In this document: positions 1 through 7,994 of the stretch, piece after piece | How positions within the stretch are numbered: the first letter of the stretch is position 1 | Layout of the letters: each line of letters opens with the position of its first letter | DNA from: Gemmatimonadales bacterium | GTDB lineage: Bacteria; Gemmatimonadota; Gemmatimonadetes; Gemmatimonadales; GWC2-71-9 | Assembly: GCA_036559745.1 (NCBI GenBank) | Contig: DATBSO010000071.1 | Span: forward strand, 8,331-72,330 | Length of the DNA stretch: 64,000 nt | Reading direction: 5' to 3' | Notes under the pieces: generated by a model | The model's input: only the letters and a program-made list of their open reading frames with translations | What the model was told of the DNA's origin: nothing | Databases searched by the model: none | Made by a program: the position numbers and the translations under genes

Positions 1-406
1 GACCGCGCATCTCTTCCTCGCACAACTCGCCGCCCTTGATGAGGCTCACGTCCTTGTCGCCGCGGAAGAGCAGACTCTTCGACGGCCCGCGATAGAAGAG
101 ACGGACGAGGAGCGTGTTGATGCTGAACAGCGCGGCCGCCCCGATGACGCCGCCCGAGAGCGAGGTATCGTTGCCGATGATCGCGTTCTGAACGGTATTC
201 GAGAGGGTCAGCAGTACCACGAGGTCGAACGGATTGAGCTGCGCGAGGACCCGCCGGCCGAAGGTTCGCAGCCCGAACACCAGTACGAGGTACACCGCCA
301 CGGGCCGGATGATCTTCTCGGCCCACGTGACAGGGTGGTGGACGGTGTCGGGGGCCCCGAAGTGGATCAGGTTGCCCAGCAGCGTCTGCCAGTCGATCGC
401 ATGCAT
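1..406 (-). CDS. DUF421/YetF-like membrane protein, N-terminal part (gene runs off the window start)
   Basis: My own translation of the minus strand from the ATG at 406-404 gives MHAIDWQTLLGNLIHFGAPDTVHHPVTWAEKIIRPVAVYLVLVFGLRTFGRRVLAQLNPFDLVVLLTLSNTVQNAIIGNDTSLSGG... and stays open to position 1. It is absent from the ORF track because it is truncated. The FGRR-x-L-x-QL-x-x-FDLVV pattern fits my memory of the YetF/DUF421 family. Confidence 0.6.
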   Translation of the reverse strand, partial: MHAIDWQTLLGNLIHFGAPDTVHHPVTWAEKIIRPVAVYLVLVFGLRTFGRRVLAQLNPFDLVVLLTLSNTVQNAIIGNDTSLSGGVIGAAALFSINTLLVRLFYRGPSKSLLFRGDKDVSLIKGGELCEEEMRG

Positions 407-438
407 CGCGCGTCTCCCTCTGGATTAGCTTCCGGCCA

Positions 439-2334
439 ATGGGTAGTCCCCTTGGGCATCCGATAGTACGACCGATCCGCCCGGGTCGTAAGCCTGACCA
501 GCCGCGCCCCGGCTGGCGCGAACGCCTCGAAGCGGTGCGGCACGTGCCGCGTCTCCTCCGGCTCGTCTGGACCACCGAGCCGCGGTACGTGGTGGGCATT
601 CTGCTGTTGCGGATCGGGCGGTCGCTCGTGCCGCTGGCTGTGCTCTGGATCGGCAAGCTCATCGTGGACGAGGTGGTCCACGCGATCGGCACGGCCGGCT
701 CCGGTGCGCCGGTCGATTGGGTCCACCTCGGTGAGCTGCTGGCCATCGAGCTGGCGATCGCACTCACGGGCGAAGGTCTGGCCCGGGCCTCTGCCCTGCT
801 CGAGAGCCTGCTGGGGGATCTCTTCGCGAACCGCACCAGCGTCGAGCTGATGCATCATGCGGCAACGCTCGACCTCGAGCAGTTCGAGAACGCCGACCTC
901 TACGACAAGCTCGAACGGGCCCGACGCCAGACCGTGAATCGCATCGGGCTCTTTACGCTCATGCTCGGAACGGTCCAGGACAGCATCACGCTGATCACCC
1001 TCGGGGCCGCGCTCGCGGCCTACGTCCCGTGGCTGCTCGTGCTCCTGGTCGTGGCCGTCATCCCCTCGCTCCTGGGTGAGACGCACTTCGCCTCGCTCGG
1101 ATACTCGCTGCTGTACTCCTGGACGCCGGAGCGGCGCCAGCTCGACTACCTCCGTTATATCGGCGCCAGTGACATCTCGGCCAAGGAGCTCAAGCTCTTT
1201 GGCTTGTCGGACTTCCTGGTGGGACGGTACGACCGGCTTTCCCGGGAGTTCTATGACGCCAACAAGCGCCTCGCGGTCCGGCGCAGCCTGGTCTCGTCGT
1301 TGTTGGCCGTCATCGGGACGCTCGGCTACTACGGGGCATACGCGGTCATCATCTATCTGACGGTGATCGGCCATCGGGGACCCGCCGGCCTCTTTACCAT
1401 CGGCGTGCTGACGTTTCTCGCCGGATCGTTCCGGCAGAGCCGCGATCTGATCCAGCGGGTGCTGCTCTCGCTCTCGCAGGTGTTCGAAGAGAGCCTCTAT
1501 CTCGACGATCTCTTCAGCTTCCTCGCCATCGAGCCCCGGATCCTCTTCCGGCCCGGCGCGCCGCCCGTGCCCACGCCCATTCGCCAGGGGTTCGTCTTCG
1601 AAGGTGTGGGCTTCAAATACCCCGGGGCGGAGCAATGGGCTGTCCGGGGTCTCGATTTCGCGCTGGCTCCGGGTGAGCGGCTCGCGCTGGTGGGAGAAAA
1701 CGGCGCCGGGAAGACGACACTGGTCAAGCTCCTCGCCCGTCTGTACGACCCGACCGAGGGGAGAATCCTCCTGGATGGCGTGGATCTCCGGGAGTACGAC
1801 CTGCTCAGTCTCCGGCGAAACGTCGGGGTCATCTTCCAGGACTTCGTGCGCTACGACTTCCTGTTGAAGGAGAACATCGCGGTCGGCGACATCGAGGGGA
1901 TCGATGACCAGCCGCGCATCGAGACGGCCGCGGCGCGGAGCCTGGCCGACACGGTGGCCCAGCGACTTGCGGGACGATACGATCAGATGCTCGGACGCCG
2001 GTTCGAGGGAGGAGTCGACCTCTCCGGCGGTGAATGGCAGAAGGTCGCGCTGGCGCGCGCGTACATGCGCGATGCCCAGCTCCTGATCCTCGATGAGCCT
2101 ACCGCCGCGCTCGATGCCCGTGCGGAGTACGAGGTCTTTCTGCGCTTCAGCGAGCTGACTGCTGGACGGATAGCGGTCCTGATCTCCCACCGGTTCTCGA
2201 CCGTGCGTATGGCCGACCGGATTCTCGTGCTCCAAGGCGGCCGAATGGTGGAACAGGGGACCCACGAGGCTCTGGTGGCGGCCCGTGGCCTTTATGCGGA
2301 GCTGTTTCAGCTCCAGGCGGCCGGCTACCGGTAA
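439..2334 (+). CDS. ABC transporter, fused permease/ATP-binding protein (MsbA-like exporter)
   Basis: The N-terminal half is hydrophobic. Walker A is GENGAGKTT, the ABC signature is LSGGEWQKVALARA and Walker B is LLILDEPTAALD. ATG start at 439. Confidence 0.92.
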   Translation: MGSPLGHPIVRPIRPGRKPDQPRPGWRERLEAVRHVPRLLRLVWTTEPRYVVGILLLRIGRSLVPLAVLWIGKLIVDEVVHAIGTAGSGAPVDWVHLGELLAIELAIALTGEGLARASALLESLLGDLFANRTSVELMHHAATLDLEQFENADLYDKLERARRQTVNRIGLFTLMLGTVQDSITLITLGAALAAYVPWLLVLLVVAVIPSLLGETHFASLGYSLLYSWTPERRQLDYLRYIGASDISAKELKLFGLSDFLVGRYDRLSREFYDANKRLAVRRSLVSSLLAVIGTLGYYGAYAVIIYLTVIGHRGPAGLFTIGVLTFLAGSFRQSRDLIQRVLLSLSQVFEESLYLDDLFSFLAIEPRILFRPGAPPVPTPIRQGFVFEGVGFKYPGAEQWAVRGLDFALAPGERLALVGENGAGKTTLVKLLARLYDPTEGRILLDGVDLREYDLLSLRRNVGVIFQDFVRYDFLLKENIAVGDIEGIDDQPRIETAAARSLADTVAQRLAGRYDQMLGRRFEGGVDLSGGEWQKVALARAYMRDAQLLILDEPTAALDARAEYEVFLRFSELTAGRIAVLISHRFSTVRMADRILVLQGGRMVEQGTHEALVAARGLYAELFQLQAAGYR

Positions 2335-2404
2335 GGGGACGGCCGGGTCACGGGCGCTCGTTACCTTCGCGCTGAGTTGCACTTACCTCACGCGGAGATC
2401 GACG

Positions 2405-2893
2405 ATGCGACGCCTTCTCTTCCTGCTGACTCTTGCCGGGCCGTTGGCCGGCCGGCTCCACGCCCAGCAGCTCGGCACACCCTTTCCCTCGGTCGACCGG
2501 CCGGCTGAACCCACCCATCCGTCGATTCCCGCATTCCCGCGCGGCGAGACCCACCCGGCTGTCCTGGCGTTGGGAGGTGTCGCCGGCGGAGCGGTCGGTG
2601 TGTTCGCAGGCGCACTCGCCGGCGCCAAGCTCACCGAGCACGACTGCGAAGACTGCGCACTGGTCGGTGCGGTCTACGGGGCTATCGCTGGTGGCAGTGC
2701 CGTCCTGCCTCTCGGGGTGCACCTGGCGAATCGCGGCCGCGGAAATTTCGCGTTGTCGCTGTTGAGCTCGCTTGCCATTGGCGGGGTTGGGCTCGCCATT
2801 GCCCACGAGGCCAACTCGGCGGCAGTCATGATTCCGGTGCCAGTACTCCAGGTCGTCTCCTCGATCCTCATCGAGAGGAGAACCGAAGAGTAG
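2405..2893 (+). CDS. hypothetical secreted/membrane protein with Gly/Ala-rich (glycine-zipper-like) segments
   Basis: Internal ATG at 2405 gives the signal-like N-terminus MRRLLFLLTLAGPLAGRLHAQQ. GGVAGGAVGVFAGALAGA and AIAGGSA tracts follow. The upstream part of the track ORF overlaps the ABC gene and was discarded. Confidence 0.5.
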   Translation: MRRLLFLLTLAGPLAGRLHAQQLGTPFPSVDRPAEPTHPSIPAFPRGETHPAVLALGGVAGGAVGVFAGALAGAKLTEHDCEDCALVGAVYGAIAGGSAVLPLGVHLANRGRGNFALSLLSSLAIGGVGLAIAHEANSAAVMIPVPVLQVVSSILIERRTEE

Positions 2894-3016
2894 ACCACGC
2901 GGTCACTTGCCTCCCTCGTCGGTGAACTACGAGCGCCCCAAGGCAACTTGGGGCGCTCAAAGCTTGTATCATACGTTTCGAGCGCAATTGAGAACTTACA
3001 GAGATGGGAGTGCAGC

Positions 3017-4129
3017 ATGACGACGTCGATCAAACCTTCCGCCCTATCCGAGCCCGCATCCAAGGGGCCAGCCGCCTTCCCGACTCTGGGGTACGCAGCC
3101 CGGAGCAACACGACACCGCTGGCGCCGTTCGAGTTCGACCGGCGCATGCCCGGCGCCCACGACGTCCAGATCGAGGTCTTGTATTGCGGTGTGTGCCACT
3201 CGGACGTGCATACGGTCCGCAACGAGTGGGCGGGCACGACGTATCCTGTCGTGCCGGGCCACGAGATCGTCGGACGCGTGACCCGGGTCGGCGACCAGGT
3301 AACCAAGTTCAAGGTCGGCGACTTGGCCGCGGTCGGCTGCCTGGTGTATTCCTGCGGTATCTGCGAGAGCTGCAAGCAGGGGCTCGAGAATTACTGCTAC
3401 ACCGAGCTCGGCGGTACCTACAACAGCCCCGACAAGATCCTCGGCGGGACAACCTACGGCGGATACTCGAAGCACATCGTGGTGGACCAGGGATTCGTGC
3501 TCACGGTCTCGCCCAAGCTCGACCCGGCAGGCACGGCGCCGCTGCTCTGCGCCGGGATCACCACCTACTCGCCGCTGCGCCACTGGGAAGTGGGTCCGGG
3601 TGACAAGGTCGGCGTCGTCGGGCTCGGCGGTCTCGGTCACATGGGCATCAAGTTCGCCCACGCATTCGGGGCTCACACCGTTCTCTTTACCACCTCCCCC
3701 GGCAAGGCAGCCGACGCGAAGAAGCTCGGCGCCGACGAGGTCGTGGTTTCCCGGAACGCCGACGAGATGGCGAGGCACAAGAACAGCTTCGATTTCATTC
3801 TCAACACCGTGGCCGTGTCGCACAACCTCGACATATTCACCGAGCTGCTCAAGGTCGACGGCACCCTCTGCCTGGTGGGAGCGCCGGAGCACCCGCACCA
3901 GTCGCCCACCGTCTTCAATCTCGTCATGCGGCGCCGCGCGATCGCCGGCTCCATGATCGGCGGTATCGCGGAGACGCAGGAGATGCTGGACTACTGCGCC
4001 GAGAAGGGGATCGTGGCGGATATCGAGGTGATCCCGATGCAGCAGATCAATCAGGCGTACGAGCGCATGCTCAACAACGACGTCAAATACCGGTTCGTGA
4101 TCGATCTGGCGTCGCTCAACGCAGAGTGA
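3017..4129 (+). CDS. zinc-dependent NAD(P) alcohol dehydrogenase (cinnamyl-alcohol/YahK-like MDR family)
   Basis: Catalytic Zn motif GVCHSDVHTVRNEW...PVVPGHEIVGRV, structural Zn cysteines CGICESCKQGLENYC and Rossmann motif VGVVGLGGLGHMG. Start trimmed to the ATG at 3017 (MTTSIKP). Confidence 0.9.
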   Translation: MTTSIKPSALSEPASKGPAAFPTLGYAARSNTTPLAPFEFDRRMPGAHDVQIEVLYCGVCHSDVHTVRNEWAGTTYPVVPGHEIVGRVTRVGDQVTKFKVGDLAAVGCLVYSCGICESCKQGLENYCYTELGGTYNSPDKILGGTTYGGYSKHIVVDQGFVLTVSPKLDPAGTAPLLCAGITTYSPLRHWEVGPGDKVGVVGLGGLGHMGIKFAHAFGAHTVLFTTSPGKAADAKKLGADEVVVSRNADEMARHKNSFDFILNTVAVSHNLDIFTELLKVDGTLCLVGAPEHPHQSPTVFNLVMRRRAIAGSMIGGIAETQEMLDYCAEKGIVADIEVIPMQQINQAYERMLNNDVKYRFVIDLASLNAE

Positions 4130-4198
4130 AGGGTGAAGAGTAAGAGGTGAAGGGTGAAAGGGTCCGGGCTCCTGCCCCTTCACCCTTGACCCTTCACC
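4126..4198 (+). terminator. long imperfect hairpin made of GTGAAGGG-type repeats, starting at the adh stop codon (candidate terminator)
   Basis: The left arm is gtgaagggtgaagagtaagaggtgaagggtgaaaggg and the right arm is ccccttcacccttgacccttcacc. I hand-paired about 20 bp with a few mismatches around a 12-nt loop (4163-4174). There is no clear U-run. Confidence 0.45.
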
Positions 4199-4280
4199 GG
4201 TCGTCGGCGTGACCGGCATTTGACAACTCTATCCCGCCTCGCCACCTTGGAAATTCAACCTATCCAAGGAGGTGGAGACC

Positions 4281-6326
4281 ATGAGGGTCTATGGCTCCAG
4301 CGCCATTCGCAATGTGGCGTTCGTCGGCCACGGCGCCAGCGGAAAAACCACCCTAGTCGACGCACTCGCCTTCGTATCCGGCGCCTCCCGACGCCATGGC
4401 TCGATCAAAGACGGCACCACGCTCACGGATTACTCCTCCGACGAAATCGAACGCAAGCACTCAATCAGCCTCGGCCTGGGCTACGCCGAGTGGCTCGACA
4501 CGAAGATCAACCTGATCGACACCCCCGGATACCTCGATTACTTCGGCGAAGTCGTCACCGGCTTGCATGCCGCCGACGCCGCCGTCGTGGTACTGAGCGG
4601 AACCGGGGGGGTCGAAGTGGGCACCGAGAAGGTCTGGGAGGTCTGCGACCAGCTTCACCTGCCGCGCATGCTCTTCGTCTCTCTCATGGACAAGGAGCAC
4701 GCCGACTTCGAGAAGGTGTTTGCCGATGTCAAGGCGCACCTCACGCCGAAGGTCGTGCCGGTCGAGATTCCCATCGGCGAAGGCCATGACTTCCATGGGA
4801 TCATCAACCTCTTCTCGGGTCACTGTCACTTCTATAAGAAGGGGACCAAGAACGGCGAGTACGACGTCGTCCCGATCCCCGATGAATACCAGGCGCGGTT
4901 CCAGGAATACACCGAGCATCTGACCGAGGCGGTCGCCTCGACCGACGATACCCTGATCGAGCGGTATCTCGGAGGCGAGGAGATTCCACGCAGCGAGTTC
5001 ATCGCCGGTGTGAAGAAGGCGATCCTCGCGGGACAGATCGTGCCGCTCTTCTGCGGCAGCGGAGAGCTGACCTATGGGATCCGCACGCTTCTCAAGAAGA
5101 TGGTAGAGCTCCTGCCCTCCGCCGCGGAGGTTCAACCGCCCGTGGAGGCTCCCCTTGTCGGCCGGGTCTTCAAGACGCTTTCGGAGCCCCACGTCGGCGA
5201 TGTGACGCTCTTCCGCCTCCACACCGGCGAGCTCAAGAACGGCGACGAGGTCTGGAATGCCGAGCACGAGGTCGCCGAGAAACTGAACCACCTGTCGATC
5301 CAGCAGGGCAAGGAACGCATCGAGGTGGAGCGCCTGAGCGCGGGCGACATCGGATCCGTCGCCAAGCTGCGCGACACCCACACGGGCGACACCTTCTGCC
5401 ACCGCGACCACCCGGTCCGGCTCCCGCCCATCCCGCTTCCGGATTCGGTCGCCACATCCGCCGTCCTGGTCAAGCAGCGGGGTGAGGAGGACAAGCTCGC
5501 CGCGGGCCTTCACAAGCTCCACGAGGAAGACCCGACCTTCCACTTCGAGTACAGCTCGGAGCTGGGGCAGACATTGATCCACGGCATGGGTGAGCGACAC
5601 TTCGACACGATCCTTCACCGGCTCGAGCGAAAGTTCGGAGTCCACGCGGAGCTGACCCGTCCCCGCGTTGCCTATCGGGAGACGATCAAGGGCAAGGCCG
5701 AGGGCCAGGGGAAGCACAAGAAGCAATCGGGTGGCAGGGGGCAGTACGGCGACTGCTGGATCCGGATGGCTCCGCGGCCTCGAGGCGCCGGCTACGAATT
5801 CCTTGACGAGATCGTCGGTGGCGTGATTCCCAACAAGTACATCCCCGCAGTCGATCGCGGCGTGCAGGAGGCAGCCGAGCGCGGCGTCGTGGCGGGGTAT
5901 CCACTGGTGGACTTCCAGGTGGAGTGCTTCGACGGGTCGTACCACGACGTGGACTCGAACGAGATGTCGTTCAAGATGGCCGGCATTCTCGCGTTCAGGA
6001 ACGTGGCCCCGAAAGCCAGGCCGGTGCTGCTCGAGCCTCTCACCGATATCGAGGTCTGGGCTCCCGACGACGTGCTCGGCGATGTGATGGGGGATCTCAG
6101 CTCACGCCGCGGCCAGATCCTCGGCACGGAGGCCGACGGCAGGCTGACCAAGGTGCGTGCGGTCGTTCCGGAAGCGGAGCTCTACAAGTATTCGACCACG
6201 CTCCACTCGATCACGCATGGCAGGGGCACGCACCGGCAGAAGTTCCACGGGTATGCCGAGGCCCCGCCAGAGGTGGCGGCGAAGGTGGCCGCGGACAACC
6301 AGCGGGAGCACGCGGCAGCCTCATAA
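4281..6326 (+). CDS. elongation factor G paralog (EF-G2-like) with degenerate GTPase motifs
   Basis: G1 is GHGASGKTT and the overall EF-G domain order is present (...HEEDPTF..., ...GRGQYG...). AAGGAGG at 4266-4272 lies 8 nt upstream of the ATG at 4281. The track start at 4272 is a GTG inside the SD sequence. G3 reads DTPGY and G4 reads SLMD (see findings). Confidence 0.85.
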   Translation: MRVYGSSAIRNVAFVGHGASGKTTLVDALAFVSGASRRHGSIKDGTTLTDYSSDEIERKHSISLGLGYAEWLDTKINLIDTPGYLDYFGEVVTGLHAADAAVVVLSGTGGVEVGTEKVWEVCDQLHLPRMLFVSLMDKEHADFEKVFADVKAHLTPKVVPVEIPIGEGHDFHGIINLFSGHCHFYKKGTKNGEYDVVPIPDEYQARFQEYTEHLTEAVASTDDTLIERYLGGEEIPRSEFIAGVKKAILAGQIVPLFCGSGELTYGIRTLLKKMVELLPSAAEVQPPVEAPLVGRVFKTLSEPHVGDVTLFRLHTGELKNGDEVWNAEHEVAEKLNHLSIQQGKERIEVERLSAGDIGSVAKLRDTHTGDTFCHRDHPVRLPPIPLPDSVATSAVLVKQRGEEDKLAAGLHKLHEEDPTFHFEYSSELGQTLIHGMGERHFDTILHRLERKFGVHAELTRPRVAYRETIKGKAEGQGKHKKQSGGRGQYGDCWIRMAPRPRGAGYEFLDEIVGGVIPNKYIPAVDRGVQEAAERGVVAGYPLVDFQVECFDGSYHDVDSNEMSFKMAGILAFRNVAPKARPVLLEPLTDIEVWAPDDVLGDVMGDLSSRRGQILGTEADGRLTKVRAVVPEAELYKYSTTLHSITHGRGTHRQKFHGYAEAPPEVAAKVAADNQREHAAAS

Positions 6327-6329
6327 GAG

Positions 6330-7331
6330 TCAGGGCGTCGTCGTCTCCGACCAGTCGCGGGTCAGGCGCTCGAGGAGACTGACTGCGCCGAGCGCGCGGA
6401 AGCCGTTCTCTGCTTCAGCCTTCCTGGCTGCCGCCTCGTTCGTCCGGCCCAGCCGTCGCAGGGCCAGGGCCGCGATGACCGAGCACTCGGCGGCGAGCAG
6501 GACCGTTCCGCGCTCGTGCGCAGTCGCCCTCGCCGCTTCGGCGCGCTCGAAGGCGGTCGCGTACTCACGCGCGCGCAATGCGGCGAGGGCGCCTACGCGC
6601 TGTGCCTCCGCCACACCGATCTCGTCCCCCGCCTCCTCCGCCCAGCGCCCTGCCCGTTCCAGCTCCAGGCCCGCCTGATCGAACTGAGCTCGTTCCACCA
6701 TCAGCTCGGCGCGTCCGGTCGTGGCGAGGGCAAGGAGACCCCGCTCGCCCACCAGCTCCGCGTGCCTGAGCGCCATCGTGGTGGCGTCCTCGGCGTTCCG
6801 CCAGTCGCCGAGCTGACGGAAGATCAGCCCGAGATTGTGGTACGACTCGGCCGCCCCACGACGGTCGCCGAGTCGCTGATAGGCCAGCAACGCCCCGCGA
6901 TACAAGCCGAGCGCCTCCTCCGGCCGGCCCCGCACGTGCAGCGCCGAGGCGAGGTTGTTGTTCGCGCGCGCCGCGAGCAGGCTGTCGCCCACCTGATTGG
7001 CCAGCCCGAGCGCCTGGGCCAGAACTCGCTCCGAATCCTGCATCCGCCCGCGCTCGAAGTAGATCACACCGAGAAGGTTGAGCGACCGGAGCCTGCCATC
7101 GGCGTCGCCGCGGGCATGAAACTGTTCGAGCGCGGATCCTGCGAGCTCCTCGGCGACACCCAGCTCACCCAACCGAGTGGCCGCGGTTGCGGCCAGCAGC
7201 TGGGCGTCCGGTCGCGAGGCCGCCACGCCGGGCGGCAGACCGCGGAAGGCGGCCAGCGCATCGGCGAAGCGCCCCGTCCGCGTTAACTCGCGGAGCGGGC
7301 CGGTCGCGTCGTCGGCGGGGGTGGCGACCAT
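6330..7331 (-). CDS. TPR-repeat protein
   Basis: Repeated A-x-x-Y-x-x-A/L helical-pair pattern, for example ESYHNLGLIFRQLGDWRNAEDA. It is the last gene of the minus-strand cluster 10166-6330 and resembles the N-terminal TPR region of the 14490-16106 protein. Confidence 0.75.
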   Translation of the reverse strand: MVATPADDATGPLRELTRTGRFADALAAFRGLPPGVAASRPDAQLLAATAATRLGELGVAEELAGSALEQFHARGDADGRLRSLNLLGVIYFERGRMQDSERVLAQALGLANQVGDSLLAARANNNLASALHVRGRPEEALGLYRGALLAYQRLGDRRGAAESYHNLGLIFRQLGDWRNAEDATTMALRHAELVGERGLLALATTGRAELMVERAQFDQAGLELERAGRWAEEAGDEIGVAEAQRVGALAALRAREYATAFERAEAARATAHERGTVLLAAECSVIAALALRRLGRTNEAAARKAEAENGFRALGAVSLLERLTRDWSETTTP

Positions 7332-7342
7332 TCGGCCTTTAC

Positions 7343-7966
7343 CTAGTACGCCAGCGCATACCGGCTGAACCCCTCCAGTTCGGCCTCGATCTCCTTCAGG
7401 TCCTTCACCACGGCAGAGCCGAGTCGGACGAAGGGATCGGTGAGCGTCTCCTGGCGCCAGATGCCGAGCGTGGTCTCGATGGAATCGTCGTCCTGATTCA
7501 CCTTGCCGTCGTCGTTGAAGTCTTCGTTGGCGTGGTCATAGTGGATCTTGAGCTCAGCCGGCTCGCTCGGAGAGAAGCGAAGGCCGCTCGGCTGCATCTC
7601 GAAGAGGAGCTCGGCGGGATCGACGACGCGAACGTGGACGAGGATCGAATCGCCCTCCTGGAACAGGCTGCCGTCCGGACGCGCGAGGAGCGATTGTGCG
7701 TTGATGCGGAGCCGGAGGTACTCCTCCCCCTGTTTACCTTCGACGTCGGCGAAGAAGATCCGGATCTCGCGATCCTCGCCGCGCTTGGCGTAGAAGCTGT
7801 CTACTGGGTTGAGCAGGGGTGGGCTCGTGTCGGCGAGCCGGACGATGGTGAGCTCCCCCTGGTCCTTGGTATCGCCGGGACCCGGCCCGCTCGAGTCGGA
7901 GCACGACACGACCGTCGCCACGATGGCGACCAGGCCGAGGTGCGAAAGCAACGGGGTGATACGCAT
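7343..7966 (-). CDS. hypothetical lipoprotein ending in GFSRYALAY; paralog of 13916-14482
   Basis: The internal ATG at 7966 gives MRITPLLSHLGLVAIVATVVSCSD, a signal peptide plus lipobox. This start avoids overlap with the upstream enhancer-binding protein (EBP) gene, which ends at 7995. It shares PSGLRFSP...Y and FSRYA motifs with 13916-14482. Confidence 0.65.
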   Translation of the reverse strand: MRITPLLSHLGLVAIVATVVSCSDSSGPGPGDTKDQGELTIVRLADTSPPLLNPVDSFYAKRGEDREIRIFFADVEGKQGEEYLRLRINAQSLLARPDGSLFQEGDSILVHVRVVDPAELLFEMQPSGLRFSPSEPAELKIHYDHANEDFNDDGKVNQDDDSIETTLGIWRQETLTDPFVRLGSAVVKDLKEIEAELEGFSRYALAY

Positions 7967-7994
7967 GGCGACTCCGGGATAAGGGATCGCGGAT

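Noticed and set aside
367-2382. 671-aa ORF on the minus strand
   Set aside because: It is exactly antisense to the ABC transporter gene, which has unambiguous Walker/ABC motifs. Its Arg/Pro/Gly/Asp-rich low-complexity translation is typical of antisense frames in high-GC DNA.
4220-4225. TTGACA hexamer upstream of the EF-G paralog as a -35 box
   Set aside because: No acceptable -10 hexamer lies 16-18 nt downstream (CACCTT).
4461-5945. 494-aa minus-strand ORF
   Set aside because: It is antisense to the EF-G paralog, with no recognisable motifs and high-GC artefact composition.
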